Source of the DNA: the human T2T-CHM13v2.0 reference genome, Homo sapiens
Direction: 5' to 3' (one strand)
DNA length: 64,000 bases
Assembly: GCF_009914755.1 (NCBI RefSeq)
Contig: NC_060931.1
Of this stretch, positions 40,801 to 54,486 are shown in pieces. The notes under the pieces were generated by a model. That model was given only the letters and a program-made list of their open reading frames with translations, made no database searches and had not been told where the DNA came from. How positions within the stretch are numbered: position 1 is the first letter of the stretch; every line of letters begins with the position of its first letter. The position numbers and the translations under genes were made by a program.

Positions 40801-41725
40801 GGGCCAGCGTGCAGTGTCTTGTATTCAGTATATAGCTGATTAATTGATGAATTGATTAATTAATGGTTCACACTAGCACAGTGCAACCTTCAATGCAAAG
40901 ATCTCATCAAAATAATTCACATGGTGGGATATTTTAGAAGGATGACCAGGCTAGTTTGTAGTAAGAAAAAATCAACAAGACTAGGTCAGGAATTCTTTTT
41001 TTGTCTACAGGCTTGCTATAGAAGATATTGAAAATCATCTACCTAATTACCTTTATTTTATCAGGTTGTGTATTAAATATCACGTCTGGGGGAAGAAAAT
41101 GTGATATGTGATTACAGACCTTTCCTGGTACAACATAGTACGTTTCAGATTAACTCAAGGTATTGTGGTGATATTGCGGTCAAAGCCAGGTGATTAAAGA
41201 GTCATTCTTTGAAACAAATATCTGTGCAATCAATTAAGAAATTAATTTGCAAATTTTATTTGCTTAGAGTAATTGATATATCATTCCTTTTACAAACAAA
41301 TATAAAGAAAACTTAACTAAAAATACTGCATATCTCTTTCAGATTATATATCCCAGAAAGGATATATTTTTCTCCTTTCTGGTCTTCCTTTTTGGTGTAG
41401 CATCTGTAGGAAATGCATTTCTTCATAGCTAAGTGTACCTCCTTGTGAAATATCTTCAGAGTCTACTGGTGCACATAAGCAATTGCTGGCAGCAGCTTGA
41501 GGGTCTCCATCTCACATTTATCATATGCCTTATTGCATGAGGCTTTGCAAGAGGAGGTCTAGAGCTACAATATCTCATGGATATGAATGTCAATTCAAAT
41601 CCCAGTGGCAGTTTATGAGGGGGAAAGCCTAGAAGAGAAGAAACCTAGAGGAATCAAGCAGGAGGGGAGAGTAATAAAAGACTAGAGCAGCAGGTTTTTC
41701 TTAACTCAAACTAGAATTAAATCTC

Positions 41726-41950
41726 TGTGTGTGTGTGCATGTGAATGTGCCCGTATGTGCATGCATGCACGTGTGTAAATGGATGTGTGTGTGTGCATGT
41801 GTGTGCAAGTAAGTGTGTATACGTGTGTGGGCATGTATTGTGTACATGTATGTGTGTTTTATGCATCTGTTTGCAAGTATGTGTGTATGCACATAAAAGT
41901 GTGAATGTACATGTGTGCTTGGTGTATGTGTGTGTATTAATGTATGCGTG
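41726..41950. repeat. Degenerate (TG)n/(CATG)-rich simple repeat
   Basis: About 220 bp of alternating purine-pyrimidine sequence, direct read. Confidence 0.9.
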
Positions 41951-42879
41951 TAGTTCTAGAGTCTAGTTAGAGAAAGTGCATAAAGAAATAGGGAAATTAA
42001 CAAGAAAGCTATAGCTTAAATTATAGGAAAAACTTTTCTCCCTATCAGTCATGGTTTTAAAATGTTCAGACTTGATATGTTTCCCAGTGCTATTGTCAGA
42101 AAATGTCCCTATGACATTCCATACTACTTCAATCAAATCTAAAACCTTTGTTCCAACATGTTTTATTGATATGAGTATATTTCAAATTTCTACCAGGTTT
42201 TTGGAGAGGTATTTTGGCCATAAAATTGACTAAATTATTCAAAATAAAAAATGAATAAGCCTGGGCCAAGGCTTGGAGACTTGCTTAACTCAGTTCTTAA
42301 ATTTTCAGATTTTCAAAATTACAAATTTAAGCTCTAAAATCATGGTGCTGTGTATGATATTCTTTGATTGCAACTTATGGTTGAAAAACTATAGAGGGCT
42401 TTATGCTAAGAGTTGTGGATCTTAGGATTTTCATGAAATCTGCATTATCATCATCTGCCAGTTTAGATGGGGCATAACTGATCCAAAGGATGGATCCCTC
42501 GGGGGCAATTCAACTGGCTGATTCCAGCCAAGATGACAACAGTCAGGATCCGTTCCCTTCTGATCATCCATTGGGTGCCCTGATTTCCTCTACAGCCCTA
42601 GCTGAAAGACCAGACACTATCTCAGGCTGGCTGCCCCACATGCCTTGCTCCACACCAAATTCACAGTCTATAAACCTGAGCCTCCAGTGCTCCTACTACC
42701 ATACTCACTCGAACATTCCCGATTCTGACCTGGAGATGTCAACAGCTACTTGATGCCACTCTCTTCTATCTTTCTGTAGCTAAGCCATCCCCAAGTTTGT
42801 CGATTCACCCTCTTTAACCCCTGTCGGGGTGTCCATTGTGCCCCTTCACCCTGCCATCTCCCTGGTGCACTGTTTTGCA

Positions 42880-43030
42880 AAGTTCAGCATACATGAGCGT
42901 CACCTGGGAACCTTAATAAAGTGCAGATGTTGATTCAGCAAATCTGGGATGCCCTCGGGCTGCATTTCCAGCAGGCTCCTGGGGATGTCCCCGCTGCTGT
43001 GCTGCAGATGACACTCTCAGTGGTGGGACT
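42880..43030. mobile_element. MER5-type DNA transposon
   Basis: tcacctgggaaccttaataaagtgcagatgttgattcagcaaatctggga...ctgcatttccagcaggctcctggggatg. Confidence 0.6.
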
Positions 43031-43759
43031 CCAGGCTCTGCTGTCGCCTCCTAGGGGTTTCTCCACACTCCCTGGAGGCCTAATGGGCCCTTCTCCACAT
43101 GGCAGTAAGATCTGTTTTTGTGTTTGTGTTTCAAGTTGGGAGAAGGAGATTATTTAATACTAAAAGGTGCAACATGGGATTGAGAAAACTAATTATTAGT
43201 CATAAGTTGAGTATGCAACATTGAAACCACATGCTTTAAAAAATTATAAGAAAAAATCATAGTATTTGAAAGTTACAAGCTATTATGGCTAACTCCATTT
43301 ATCTCAGTTAGAGAAGAGTCACCTGTCACCAGGGCACTGCCAGAAGCCAGGCTCATTTCCAACAGCACTGGGTGCTCCAGCTTTGGGGTGCCAGCTCCTC
43401 CCATAAAGCAAACACATACCTAGGGATGATATTTCTTTGCAAGGGCTCTGCCCTACAGCTTGTACATCTCAAGAAGTTATGTAATTAAACTGTCTGTTTT
43501 GAGAAAATTGTAGATTCACACATACTAGCTGTAAGAAATGATGCGGATAAATCCAGCGTACCAGCTTTCCCCACGGAGACGTCTTGCAGCGTCACAGCCA
43601 GGATGAGGCATTGACCCAGGCGAAGTCCAGAGCACCTGTGCGCTACAGGGCCCCTTGCACTGTGCTGTCACAGACACGCCCACTTCCAGATGCCATCTAG
43701 GACCCCCTCCAAAAAGCAGAGGCATTCTTAAAAACACACATCTGCACATGTTCCTCTTC

Positions 43760-44200
43760 ATTTGAATCTGTCAGTGGCTTCTCAGTGCCTTTCAAATGAA
43801 ATCTAAAGTCCTTACAAGCCTTGCAGCAGGAACCTCTCCATCCCACTTCCCCTCACACTCTCAGCTTCATCTCTGCTAGGCTCTGTTCAGCCAGGCAGCC
43901 TTTCACAGTCCCTCTCCTCCTGCCCTGCCAGGAAGGTCCCCTGCCCCCAACTCTTCCCCACATGTGGCGGGGCCCCGCTTGTCCTTAGAAGCCCAGCTGA
44001 ACTGCTTCCTGAAGGAACCCCTCCAGAACCTCTCAGACCAGGTCAGGTTTCTGCACTCTTAGATCATCCCCATGGCATAATCACAGTTGTGATGTTGTGA
44101 TGATTCAGTGAATGTCTGTCTCCCCACTGGATGGTAAGCTTCCTGAGGGCAGGAACAGCATTGGTTCCAGTCAATGCTATGTCCCAGGACTGTTCGTTTT
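43760..44200 (+). mobile_element. L2 LINE 3' region
   Basis: aaatctaaagtccttacaagcc...tgtctgtctccccactggatggtaagcttcctgagggcaggaac. Confidence 0.6.
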
Positions 44201-44239
44201 TGCACATACTAATCCTAAAAGGACGATGACAACAGCAAC

Positions 44240-44450
44240 CACTTACATGACCTAGATGCTCTTCTGGGTGTTGTGCAAATATTAACAATTTAATCCTTGC
44301 AACAATCCACGAGGGAGGCATTCTTCTACTCCCACTTAACAGACAAGGACAGTGAAGCTAGTAAAGAGAAGTCATTTGCCCAAGGGGACCCCACTACTGT
44401 TGGCAGAGCTGGGTGCAAACGCAGGCTTGTGAAGCCAGGACCCATGCATT
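44240..44450 (-). mobile_element. MIR SINE
   Basis: atttaatccttgcaacaatcc...cccacttaacagacaaggacagtgaagct...aagtcatttgcccaagg. Confidence 0.65.
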
Positions 44451-46273
44451 CAAAGACCATGCCAGGTGCCCCCACTGCACACCTCATCCCCACATACCAG
44501 TGAGGGGGAGAGAAATGCTCCTGCACTGCCTCTGATTAACTGCTTTCCTAGAAGTCACACATATAAAAGGGATTTAATTCTAGTGGGATTGAATCTCAAT
44601 AGTTTCCTTATTAGGTTGATTTCTGTTAATAGTTTAAGTACTGGATATACATGAATTAGAAAATCTAGATTATTAGCAAATGCAAACTATAAAGTATTTT
44701 ATAAATGTTATCTTGTTTGTCAGGGGATGAGTGAGATATTCATTATACAAAAAGTAGTGTGGATTTTGAGGTAGAAGGTTTACTAAGGATCATACCGTAG
44801 TATGAAATAGCCACAAACATTCAGTGAAACCAAACACCCCCGCTTAACCTCAAACTAACACTAAATAATAAGGAATAGACTTGGGGGCAGTGCAAGTGTA
44901 TTTCTAATGGTGAAAACCATTCCCCAGTGAAAACTAATGTACCATCTAGTTAATAAGAGCTCCTCTGACCCACGCACATCAATACTTACATCCCAATGGT
45001 GATGTGACATTTTGGGTTTTGTATTTCTTTTGCAAATTGAGCTAGCATTTTTGATGAGTGGCAGGGCTCTGCTACCCAACCTTTGGACAGTTTCCAAGCA
45101 TAAAATCACAATTCCAGATAATTCTGTCACAAAGATCTGGGTCTCATTAGGAAGGAGAGGAAGCTGGGAGATGATCCAGTCCAACCTCCCCCAAACCAAA
45201 CATCACGGCCTTCTCAGTTGTTTCACCAACCATCTAAATGTTTTAGTAATTCTAAAAATTGATGCGCTTTTTCCACGAAAGGAAGTGTTACCACATTTTC
45301 CAAGTGGGAGGCATCTATATCCTTACTCCTTCATCCTCTCCTTCCCACCCCCTCACCCCCCACCACCCACACAACATCTGCAATTCTTAAACTAAAGCAC
45401 AAATTGTTACAAAAGTTAATTGCACTTTCAAAGGAATGCTTGTATAGAAACTTTCTCGGCTTCAAGGAAAAATAATACGCTTTGAATGGCTGTTCAACAG
45501 CATAGAAATTAGCTGAGTAGAAGGCACTCATATAGCCATTAGGACCAATCCTTTCTGCCGCCAACACCCCCCTTATAAAGACTTGACAGTGGGCCAGAAT
45601 AAACAACTTCAGGATGAATTCAGTTGAGACACAAAGTACACACTTCCAGTTTTTCCCTTCTCTGGTTACTGGCCTCAATAACCAGGCAGTCAACTTAAAA
45701 AGAAAAACAAAAGCTTGCTTCAGATTACAGATTGCAGACTTCTTATAATATGTCCATTTCACCAGGCCCCGCTCTCAGCCCCGGGAAAGGCCACTGGAAA
45801 CCACCTCACATGGTAGGGCCTTGCAGGAGCCAGTAATAACCTTATCTCCGTCAACATGTTCTGTCAGATTGAATGGGGCAGCCAGAGAAGCCAGAGTTGG
45901 CACAGGAACCAAAACAAAGGCTTCCCATCCTCCTGGAGTGAGCGGTTGAGCCTGGATTGGTGCTTAGACCTATAATGGGTGCAAGCAGCGTTCATTCATA
46001 GTGGCTTTCTAGACCCAGGGACTTGGCCCCAGCCCTGCTGCTCCACTCCTCTTCTTGCTTCATTACCACGAGTCTCCTAGACCACCGAACGATGCCTGCA
46101 TTTGAAAGACACTTCTGCTGATCAAAGCAGCTGATGTGTCCCTTTGCGGTTCATTTCTAATTGTCCCCAAGGAGGAGAAATTCAAATAGTTTATTACTGA
46201 GAGTTAAAGAAATCCACTGAAATATTCTTTGGTCTAAAATTACTGTCATGGCGGAGCAGCTTCACCTTAGTCA

Positions 46274-46339
46274 TTGCCCTTAAATATGAAAGCTATTTAA
46301 GAAAGTTTGCCCTTAAATATGAAAGCTATTTTAAAAAGT
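46274..46339. repeat. 33-bp tandem duplication
   Basis: ttgcccttaaatatgaaagctattt(aag/taa)aaagt at 46274-46306 and 46307-46339, 2 mismatches. Confidence 0.9.
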
Positions 46340-47793
46340 TTAATGAAAGAAGAGAATCACAAAACATTTTCAAAAAGCAAAAGAAAACCTAAGAGAAAAG
46401 TTGAAAGTAGGAATTTTTTAAAGAATATACGACGTGTGTTCTGTGACTCACCCCTGCAAGTTATTTGTGTGTATTCCCTTGCATAGTAATTAATAATGAA
46501 GCAAAGCATGGCAATGATATCTTTTCTTGTCTAGTATTCTAGAAGACTCCATGTTTTTGGAAAATATCACTCTAGTTAGATCTCAAATATATTCAATCAG
46601 AAAATGGGTTTTCTACAAGATTCTATATCTGTAGTCAATAGCAAATATAATTCTATTAAGCTAGTAGGATGTGATAGGAAACTAAAACCTAGGGGAGACC
46701 AAAGCAAGGAAAAATACTTCCTCATCCAAACTTGAGAGCAATTTACCGTCAGGCCTACTATTAATAGATGGAATACAGATTCCATTTTCATTACTCAACT
46801 GCCATATTCATTATTACACTGTACAGAAAAGGGAATCACATCTGTTGAAAACTTATATATGATGTTCATGCATGCATTCCAGTAATTCAACAATTTTTAT
46901 TTATCTTTTTATTGCTTGCTAATTTTTCAAAATAATAAGCTAAAGAAAACAAAATGTTTGTGCTGTTCTCAGATGACATGTTATCTCTTTAAAGGACAAA
47001 ATGTGCTGTGAAATAATAGAATGCTTTCAGCACTCAAGTGTGAGTGAGTGCTCATACATGAGAGAAAGCCGTGGGGACTACAGAAGCCAAGAAGCAGATC
47101 TAGCTGGGGAGGCCTTTGCAGAGGATGTAGTTGTGTGGAGAGGCCACACACGTGGAATTCCCAGGAGGGCTGTGGAGGCGGGGAATCTGCAGGAAAGCAC
47201 TGGGGTGAGAAACGTGATGAGAAACAATTATTGTCTTAAAATATCTGCAGGGCTGTAAGGTAGAGAAGCAATACGTTGCATCTGTGTTAAGTCAAACAAA
47301 ATTATCAAGGGACTGGTTTCAGCTTAACATAAGGAACAATTATGTGATAGGGTTGTCAATAACAAGAGTAGACTGCTTCTTCACACACTCCTAGTCACTC
47401 AGAATGGTCCAGGAGGAGTGGACAACCATTTGGTAGAGTATGGGAAGGCAGGGGCCCTGGGTGGGAGTGGTGAGGGTAGGGAGTGAGTATCCCAATCTAG
47501 AAGTAAATTGTGCCCAGCACGGAGCTGCAACACTGCCCTGCACACAAACACACACAAATAACAATCCCCAGCCCCTGCATTTCCCTCTCCGGTTTCAGGA
47601 CCTTGTATCTTACTTCAATTCCTTTATTTAGCTGATGATGAAATAGGAAGAGCTTAGCACTAAGAAAATCCTTTTGGAGTTTGGCCTTGGGGGAAAATGA
47701 ATCACTCCAACCAGGTCTGTCTTCTAGAAAGTATAGGATGAAAGGGCTCCTCATCACATACTTCCTGACCTCCTGCTAGGCCTTTCCCTAAAA

Positions 47794-48013
47794 CAGGGGC
47801 TGGCAAAGCACAACCTGTGGGTCACGCCTAGCCTGCCACCTGTTTTTGCAAATAAAGTTTTATTGGAGCATGACTATATGTATTTGCTTACAGTCTGTGG
47901 CTGCGTTCACACTATCCCAGCAGAGTTGAATAATTGGGACAGGGACCATATGATGGGTGAAGCTGAAAACATTTACTCTCTGGCTGTATTCAGAGGAGGT
48001 TTACTGAGCCCTT
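47794..48013 (+). mobile_element. MER58A hAT-Charlie MITE
   Basis: caggggctggcaaa...gcctgccacctgtttttgcaaataaagttttattgga...cagcagagttgaataattg...aaaacatttactctctggc...gtttactgagccc; about 220 bp, full length. Confidence 0.85.
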
Positions 48014-51000
48014 CTCTGAGACATGGCAAGCGCTGCTTCAGGCTCATGCTTCACTAGATTCAGGCCTGGGGCAGTAAAGAGCCAGCTCAGGATAGCACTC
48101 CCGACTCACTCATTTTTTCAGGCAGGGGAGCCATCTAATGTCAAGTGCCTACGTGCAGGAACTGGTCTGTTAATTAGCAGCTCTCCTCATGGAAGGGATA
48201 ATATATTCTAGAAACAGGAGTGCGGCCCTATTGCAAGAATGTCCTGAGCCAAAATTAAGATTCTTCTATGGCAGAAACTTGGCTGGGGCTTCTCCTGAGT
48301 TAACTTGGTAGTTGTTAGTGATTTTTGAGTCAGTTTTTCCTTGTCAACGACCCCAGGAATGAGTTTGGGATTACAGGGTAGCCAGGGAAAGGGAAAGCTT
48401 CACGCCCGCCCCCGGGACAAGGTCTGTCTTCACACTGCTACATCCCTTCACCCACTTTAAAATGAAACTTAAAAGGAGGATTTCAGTTGAGTAGGAAGTG
48501 AGAAGAGGGCTCATTTTAAAACAAGCGTTAAATGAAAACCCACACACACTCAGAGCACACAAATCCAACCACGCTTACAAAACCATCACAGAGGGTCAGG
48601 CGAGGCCCTTTTCTAAATGAAAAAGAACAGGGGTGGAGACTGTTCTGAGAGCATGCTGGGTTCCCTGAAGGGAATTCTCAGCTGTATGTGCCCCGCACAG
48701 GATCCCTGCTAGACACAAGGCCAGCTGCCTTCCTTTCAAGCCGCAGACGCATCCCTGTGTCCAGGCGGGCTGGTCAGCTGCGGTCAGCACCAGCTTCCCC
48801 GCTCCATGGTGAGGTCATCACAACATGTGAGCAGGAGGGCAGGCCGGCAACCTCTGAGTGCTTAGAGAAAGGGACGGGATTCCTCCTGTGCAACCCCTCT
48901 AGTCTCACTCAGACTCAAGTCTGACTAAGGGGCCAGGTGCTTTGACCAGGGACTCTCCCCTCTCACTTCCCTCCCAGGAGTCACAGGTACATGAGTCCTT
49001 GTTTTACAAATGAAGAAAACAGACCCAACATGATTAAGATGTTGCCTTCATAGGGGTGGCACCAGGATTCCAAACCATGGACTCCACTGAGCCCAGTGCC
49101 CACTGACATGTGCCAGTAACAGTGCAGCTGCCTGTGGTTCTGTCGACTAAACTGCCGGCAGAGGCTGGCTTTCCACCTTCTTTTTTTTTTTTTCACTCTT
49201 CAAACACTTTATGACATGAACATAAACTACTGGCTGCATCGTTCTGCTGACAACATGACATGTTTCTATAACTTGAAAAAAGCAAGCAGTGGACTGCTCA
49301 TTGGTAAAATTGAGTCAGTAATCTTTTAGGAAGGTTATTTTTCTTCCTTTTACTGCTTCTCATCTGTTCCCCGCAGTAAAGAGGACAAGATGACGACGAC
49401 TCAGGGAACACCTCCAGCCTGAAGCAGCACCATGCGAGCTTAGACCTTAGGGTCGGCTTAGAAACCACAGGCGGGGCGGCTTGGGCCCCTCGGACACTCC
49501 CTCTCGAAGCTGCTTCTCCCCAAGCTACCCCAAAGGCACTGAGCGCCCTCTGCCCCCCAGCAATTCAATTCACTGGCTGTCCTGCTCCTGTCAGTACTGA
49601 GAGTTGCATGTTTGACCCTCGGGGGAAAAGTCCAGAGGCCCTGGGGTGTCCAGCATGCTCTGAGGTCCCTGCTGCTGACCCCTTGCGCTGTCAGCATTCA
49701 GAGACATTCACACAGCACAGCCTCCCAGGCTAACAGCTGTCATGGAACAGTGGAGCAGCTAGACGTGGCCATTCTGTGGCCCAGTGCTGCAGAGGTCAAA
49801 GGGACAAGCGCAGGGAGCATCTTTGCTTTCAGAAAAAAAAAAAAAAAAAAGAAGCACACTGGTGCACTGACCTGCTCCTGGTGTCTTTGTGATTGCTCTT
49901 TTCTTTCGATTTTTGGTTGTCTTTTTTTTTTTGAAAGAGGGGCTTTTATGCTTTTTTCCTAATGTTCATGGGTAAACCAATGTAAATGTGTGTATGTTTA
50001 TAGAGATGGCTTTAAATCGCAATTCTGCAGTAGAGATTGATTTTTTAAAAAACATGGGTAAAAATTGAAGAAAAATTTTAAAAGAACATTTAAACCATCT
50101 TGGGCTAGGGGTGGATATGCACCACCCCACGGAAGCCAAACAAAATCTCTCTGCAGATAAACATTTGCAAAAAGAATTTCCAATCCCAATTTTTGAGTCA
50201 GAGATCTTTTATTTCCTTGCAAATTACATATCTGTTTCAGGATTTTTGACTATAAGAAGAATGAATGAAGATGTGTTTCTTACAGATAACTATGAACAAA
50301 CCAGGAAGGATAATAACTTGTATCCCCCAATTCGAATCCAGAGGATGGGAAGGCATAAAAAAAAGAAATGGAAGAAACTTTATTTTTAGTGGTAAATGGT
50401 GGGACTATGTATTTTACGTATGGTGAAGTCACCAAGCCCAACACTTGGCACTTGTAGGCAAGGTAGTCTTCTAATCTGAATGTGAAGTATTATGTTTTCA
50501 TTTGCTTGGTAATGAGGAATATTGGTGCTTTCGTCCCAGTTCTCGAGCTGACTGACTTCTCTTTCTGACGTGTGTTCCTTTAGCACACCTCTACACTGCA
50601 TGGCTCTGAGATGTCCTGTGACTGTTTCATGTGTAAAGTTGCCTCCCCAAAGGACTCACGTATTCCTTCAGGGCAGTGAGTACTTCTGATTCATCCTTAG
50701 CAGCTACCTTCGCGCTACTTTACTAGATATGTTGTAGTTGAATTAATGAACAAAAGAACAAGCAACTTTGGTGCCTGGTGTGCATCTCAGAGCAGGGTGG
50801 AGTGAGCCTGGCCAAAGGGTCATCGTGCAACCTCTGTGGCTGACTCCATCTGGCCACGGAGCTTCTCAGCCATGCTTGGTATTCACATGACTTCTAGGGC
50901 GACAGCTCAACCAGCAAATAAACAGCTTCATATGGGAAATATTACTCAGCCTTTGTCATCAAGGAGTGAGTCACGGGCCTGAACTGAATAGAAGATAGAG

Positions 51001-52013
51001 GAGAAAAGGTGTGTGGACTGGGTGAGACAGCGCCCAGCGAGGTGAACTCCCGGCAGCCCTGCCTGTCTTTACCTGCACATCACCTTGCTAGGGTGCCTTC
51101 GGTTGTGAGGGCCTGTCTAGGAAGAGAAGAGTTGCACCCTGGCAGGCAGCACTGAGCTGTCTCATGCAAAGCTGAGGAAGAAAGAGTGAGCTGCCCAGTG
51201 AGCCTGCTGGGGTGGTGGAGGCTGGGCTGGGCTGTGCAGTCTGCAGCCCCCAGCAGCCCTTGGCACCTTTCTACTGCCTGGTGCTCACCAGCTCTCCAGT
51301 AACAAAGAGGGACGTGAAGTCAGAGGGGAAGGGAGGTAGCACAGGGCAGTCTTGACTTTGAACAAAGAGCTGGCTTCCTGAAGTCAGCTGGCCGGGTTTT
51401 GAAGCCGATTTTCCAGCAGTGATCTTTGATGCCAACCCCATTTAGGAATTCTGTATCTCCCCCTACCTTCTACCAGATGTCTCTGAGCTCACCTTTGGTG
51501 ATAATCATGCAATCTCCGTCATCCCCACGTCCACACTGCCCCATTCTGTCCCACCCCGGGTTCTGTGGTGCTGTCGGCTCCCCAGCGAGCCAGGAAGGGA
51601 GAGGCCAGCTCTGCTGGGGCTCCTGCCGCCCTGGCTCTGCACTGCCCTTCTCTGGCAGGTCTGAGGCGCCACTGGAGGAGCCACACGGCCCTGAAGCAGC
51701 AAGGCAGATGCCCTGGACACAGTGGAGGCACAGAGTGCAAGCACCGGCCTGGCCCACAGACTTTTGGAGGGGAAGTGGTATTATTCAGTTCAAAAGTATG
51801 CCTGTGTGTAAAGAGAGAGCCCCTGAACATGAGTAAGCAAAAGTCTCAGCGCAGAGATTAGACAAGTAGAATGCTGGCCCGAGAGGAGGCGTTTACTCAC
51901 CCTCTGTCTAGGAAGGAAAGCCAGGCCCAGCACGCTCACTGCTATCTATCCTCTCACACAGAGGGATTTTGAATCAAAGCCAGCATCCTGTCCTTTCTCC
52001 AATGTCCCCTGCT

Positions 52014-52323
52014 CAGGAGTCAGGACTCAGCAAGGCCCACCCCAGCCACACACAGATACAGTTCCAGGACTCAGAACTCAGCGAGGCCCACCCCAGCCAC
52101 ATGCAGGTCCAGTTCCAGGATTCAGGACACAGTGAGGCCCACCCGAGCCACATCCAGGTCCAGTTCCAGGACTCAGGATTCAGTGAGGCCCACCCCAGCC
52201 ACACACAGGTCCAGTTCCAGGACTCAGGACTCAGCGAGGCCCACCCCAGCCACATGCAGGTCCAGTTCCAGGATTCAGGACACAGTGAGGCCCACCCCAG
52301 CCATATCCAGGTTCAGTTCCAGG
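52014..52323. repeat. 51-bp minisatellite (VNTR-like), 6 copies
   Basis: Consensus caggactcaggactcagYgaggcccaccccagccacaYNcaggtccagttc, six head-to-tail units plus a terminal cagg. Confidence 0.97.
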
Positions 52324-54486
52324 TAAATCATCTGCCTTCCTCCGTCCAAAAGCCTTGTTTCCTGTGTGTCCTTGTGTTTAAAATGGAAACGTTATGAGAA
52401 ACTGCCTGCCAGGGCAAAGGGTGCTGCCCGGCACACAGTAGGGACTCAAAATGAAACTATTGTATTGAATACATAACAGATCAACGGGTATTGCTTTCTG
52501 AAATCTTTTTTAGCCCAATTTTGTTTCTTATAGTCCAATAACAGGTCAAATTCATTTCTGATTTACTAGCCATTCAGTTGCCCATAAAAAATGGAAAGTG
52601 ATTTAAGATTATTAGTTTAAAAACCAATGAAGGTAAAACAGTTATCATTGAAGGCACATAGGCAGAAATAGATTGCAATAGTTGCTGCCATGTGAAGCCT
52701 CAGTGTCATGCTCCATATTTAGAGAGATCTATGATTTCTGAGGCCCTTTCATGTCCATGATCTCAGTACTGCTCACAACTGCCCTGTGAAATTCGCCGAG
52801 CTGGCCCCATGTCAATCAGAGTACACTGAGCACTGAGACCCAGCATGTTGAGATAACTGGCTAGAGATCATCCCATAATGGTACCATCACAATCTTCACA
52901 CTGTAGAAGTTTGATGATGTCACTGGAAGCATATTCCACAGTCCCTTGTGAACTGGCCTTCCTGTGATCAGAAGCATCAGTGAACTCCCAAGAGGGTGGG
53001 AACTCCCAAGAGGTATTCTCACTCTACTTAGTGTATATTTTACAAATCACAAGCTTGGCTTTGGATTCTTTTAATGGCTAGAAGGAGAATCATGGGGTTG
53101 GAAGTCCACCAGTTTGGGTATTCTGTTCCCTAACTCAAAATAAAGAGATGTTATTTTCAAGTCTTCTGCTTGTTAACTTAATTAGAGATACATGAGTTTG
53201 CAGCTGTGCTGGGCATGCCGCAGCTTGGCATGTTTAGTCCAGAAGGCATATTATAATGTACATGGAAGATTGTCAGAAATTCAAAAGGACTTTTTGAGTA
53301 TCACATGTGTATTTTCAAGTTCCAATATAGATTCACATTCAGTTTGACAGGTATCTTTGGATGCCTATCAGTTAAGAACTATTTATTAGTTGTGGAATAA
53401 AATAGGGTAAAATAAGGAACAACTGAGGAAAAAACATAAAATTTGCTTTGTGAATAAAAGTTGTCTTCAAAATTATGACTTTTTCCATCCCACAAACGTT
53501 TTGATTAAACCCACAATGAAAATTTAAATAAGTGTATTTACTTTGGTTTAACCACTTATTTCATTATGACTCACAACTATAGGTTTTCTAGTTTCCATTA
53601 TTACAAACTATTGTGTGGTTTAAATCAATTTCATAGACTAGTCTAGTTCTATAGTCACAATTTATAAAATTTTTTTATGTGGTAAATTGAGTGTCTTCAT
53701 AGATGTACATGATTATTTCTCAATTTTTAAGGAATGTATTTTTTAAGATAGCCTTCTTTAGCCTTCTTTAACACTGATTTTTGTAAATTTTTTACAGATT
53801 TTTTTAAATTTTTGGTAATTTTTTAGCATAAAGTAATACATGGTCACTATGGAAAACATAAAAACACAAAAACTATGAAGAGTAAATAAGAAAAACACCC
53901 AGAAATTTACCATTCAGAAAAGGTCATTGTTAACAACACGGTGTATCTTCCTCCTGTCATGCTTCCGTGCATTTGAGCACATTTGAGATGTGTATACATG
54001 TTCACTTTGAGATTTTAGTATAGCAAAAGAAATGACCAGTCCTGATTCAATGAAACCTCTGGCAAACTCGCTATATTTTCCTTACATATTTTTAAGTTCA
54101 TCCTATAAATGAACTATCCATTCATCTTATTTGAGATTTTCTTAAATCTTTCAGCAAGAAAGCGGGAAAAAAATCCTCCTCTGGCCTTTAAAGCCTAATT
54201 AAATATATGACTAAGCTAGAAATATTTTATAATGACCAACCAGAAAGTGGCAAGGACTGTCACTCTTCCCATACAGCCCACCTCCTCCTCTATCTCCCTC
54301 AGGCACACGGAAACGAGAAAGGCAGAGAAACCCAGGACAAGTCATCCAAGACTTTGGTCACATGGCCATCCATTGCTTTCACAACAAAAATATAAATCCA
54401 ACATGTGTGTGTGCATTTCATACCAGTAGGTCCAATAAGCTATCTATATATACACATATGTGTACACACACACACACACATCCTTA

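Larger units (their letters stand above)
46440..53575. promoter_or_regulatory. AP-1-motif-dense segment, candidate intron-1 enhancer cluster
   Basis: TGA(C/G)TCA at 46444, 48326, 49311, 50194, 50967 and 53567. AP-1-dependent enhancers in EGFR intron 1 are established, but I cannot map them exactly. Confidence 0.4.

Noticed and set aside
52014-52323. CRISPR-like array, or a coding repeat protein (ORF 51969-52397, QDSGxSEAHPSHxQVQF x6)
   Set aside because: Units are head to tail with no unique spacers, and the DNA is human. The ORF is open simply because the unit is 3x17 nt, and the track's start is a TTG.
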